In this document: piece by piece, positions 25,371 to 26,919 of the stretch
How the letters are laid out: each line of letters opens with the position of its first letter
Numbering within the stretch: the stretch's first letter is position 1
Source of the DNA: Bugula neritina
Taxonomy: Eukaryota > Animalia > Bryozoa
DNA: 26,919 bases
Direction of reading: 5' to 3'
Assembly: GCA_964035545.1 (NCBI GenBank)
Contig: CAXIUT010000302.1
Location: 1 to 26,919 of the forward strand
The notes under the pieces: model-generated
Told to the model about the DNA's origin: nothing
Database searches by the model: none
What the model saw: the letters and a program-made list of their open reading frames with translations, nothing else
Program-made: the position numbers and the translations under genes

Positions 25371-26919
25371 TCAGTTATCAAAAAACGATTTTATCACCGG
25401 CTTGCGCTCATCTGGTGTCAAAGCACGCAAGCCGTTACTGCTGGTCATTTGATCCACAACGTCGGTGACCGCCGAATGCGTCAACGTTCGATACATCGTA
25501 CGGGTATCTTGCGTGTAATAAGTTTCGGCGCCAAATAGCTTATCCCAAAACACCGCCAACCAATTAAGTAGTGGTATACGATACAAAAGCGCCAATATTA
25601 AAGAAGGCATTTCGCCCAACCACCACGACACGAAAAAGCCATTCCCAAACGGCGCACCACAGACATCAAAACACAAGTGCTCACGAGTAACCCGTAAGTA
25701 ATCGCGCTTGGCACTAAACATGCCCCTTCTTTCATTTGAATGCGATCAACCCTAAGGCCATCAATCTTCTTTTCTTTAAGAGCTATCTCCACTTGATCAA
25801 AAAATTCCTGAGGCGAAGCCTTCAGACCTTCAATCATCATGCTCCAATTGGAAAAAGGTTGACTGGCACGCTGGAGCAATAGCCATGACCAGAAACTAGT
25901 CAACACGGCGACTATCGCCATCCCGACCGACCTCAGAACCGTTAAGGTTGGGCCACGTGTGCTTTCAAACGCCAATAAAATGGCTAAGGCTAATGATAGC
26001 CAGAGAAACCAATAATCACGCAGCAACTCGAAAAAAACCACGCAAAATCTGTAATAAGCGATAATCCCAACTCTGCCAAGTTTTAGTTTTATCATCCAGC
26101 ACCTTAGCCAGTTCTGGCCAATTTCCTTGATACGACGTGGTAAAGGAAATATCTCGACGTATTGCCCGTCATACTCCGTCTTAGGAAAATAGGCGGTCTT
26201 CAATAATCCTCCGTCAGCGAACCCTAAGTAATAATGCGTGGTCGTTTCGCCCAAAGAGGTAATCGCTTGGTATTTTTTAATTTGCCGAGTTTCAGTACAA
26301 GCAGCATAGGAAGACTTACTACCTCAAGATCAGCTTCAACCCGCCACACTAAAATATCGTCGTACGATTTGTGTTTTGGTTTTTCGGCACAAGGATCAAA
26401 CGTTTTCTGTGGAAAGGCAGGTTTAATCTGTTTTGAAGTTTCATTAGCCTTTGGAGAATTAATCGCAATATTGTTCTCTTCAATGAGAAACAGGCGATTG
26501 TTCTTCAATAGTCTCTATACTGGGAGGTACGGCTTCGAATGCTTCTTGTTTCTCTATCGTTGCTAAGCGATCCGTACGCAACCAACGCTCCTTTCCTTGA
26601 TATCGAAAGCGATAGAAACCACTGTTCGATTTTGCATCCACTTCCACAATCCGGCCTTTTGGTAGTCGCCCGTCACTCGGGCAAGCCCATGCGCACACTT
26701 ATGAATGAGTGTCTCGGAGCTCGTGACTAAGAAAACGGGTAATATGGACTTTATTTGTAGAGTAGGAACCACATCCCTGCCAACTTCTATGTGCTTTGCC
26801 GCCACCCAACGAAATTTAACATCGCCTTCTTCGTAAACTAAATACCAAAGGTTGCCGAAACGGCTTTTGGTTTCGGCGATAACTAGAAATTTGTTATCAG
26901 ACGTAATTTTGTTAATCCG
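25371..26919 (-). pseudogene. Frameshifted, 5'-truncated membrane protein with SH3b-like repeats, TM helices and a conserved C-terminal domain
   Basis: Frame is open from the window edge (RINKITSDNKFLVIAETKSRFGNLWYLVYEEGDVKFRWVAAKHIE). About six frame changes join it to GRLPKGRIVEV...GFYRFRYQGKERWL, the TM segments and SNWSMMIEGLKASPQEFF...EG/GMFSAKRDYLRV...FDVCGAPFGNGFFVSWWLGE. Confidence 0.6.

Larger units (their letters stand above)
17638..26919. mobile_element. Genomic island integrated at tRNA-Met, continuing beyond the window
   Basis: tRNA 3' fragment, IHF-like site and arm-like repeats at the boundary, then AT-rich cargo, a recombinase remnant, an excisionase-like HTH and a coupling-protein-like ATPase. 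Confidence 0.8.

Noticed and set aside
23040-26700. Programmed frameshifting or phase variation
   Set aside because: Too many sites, in both directions, mostly in short runs with no shared slippery motif.

Overview
The window has two parts. Bases 1 to ~17.3 kb look like host chromosome, probably from a marine Gammaproteobacterium (inferred from gene content). They carry a detoxification/catabolism cluster (two haloalkane dehalogenases of different subfamilies, YghU, a tandem kappa-GST/HCCA isomerase, ABM, DUF1330, DUF2855, SDR), a membrane-anchored winged-helix regulator converging on an orphan ECF sigma factor, a candidate structured small RNA, an RND pump and a nitronate monooxygenase-family enzyme. 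At 17.33-17.69 kb there are three ~101-bp repeats built on the 3' end of tRNA-Met, followed by a 48-bp tRNA-Met(CAT) 3' fragment that looks like the att end of a genomic island running off the right edge. The island holds an AT-rich, translationally coupled two-gene operon (NA37/YejK-like protein plus a RelA/SpoT-type synthetase), which is the best candidate for an uncharacterised defence or toxin-antitoxin system. It also holds a large serine recombinase lacking its catalytic domain, a PrtN/excisionase-like HTH protein, and a heavily frameshifted operon (SH3-repeat membrane protein plus a VirD4/HerA-like ATPase fused to a PD-(D/E)XK-like domain). The frameshifts beyond ~23 kb look mostly like sequencing indels. 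All family calls come from motif recognition by eye; no searches were run.
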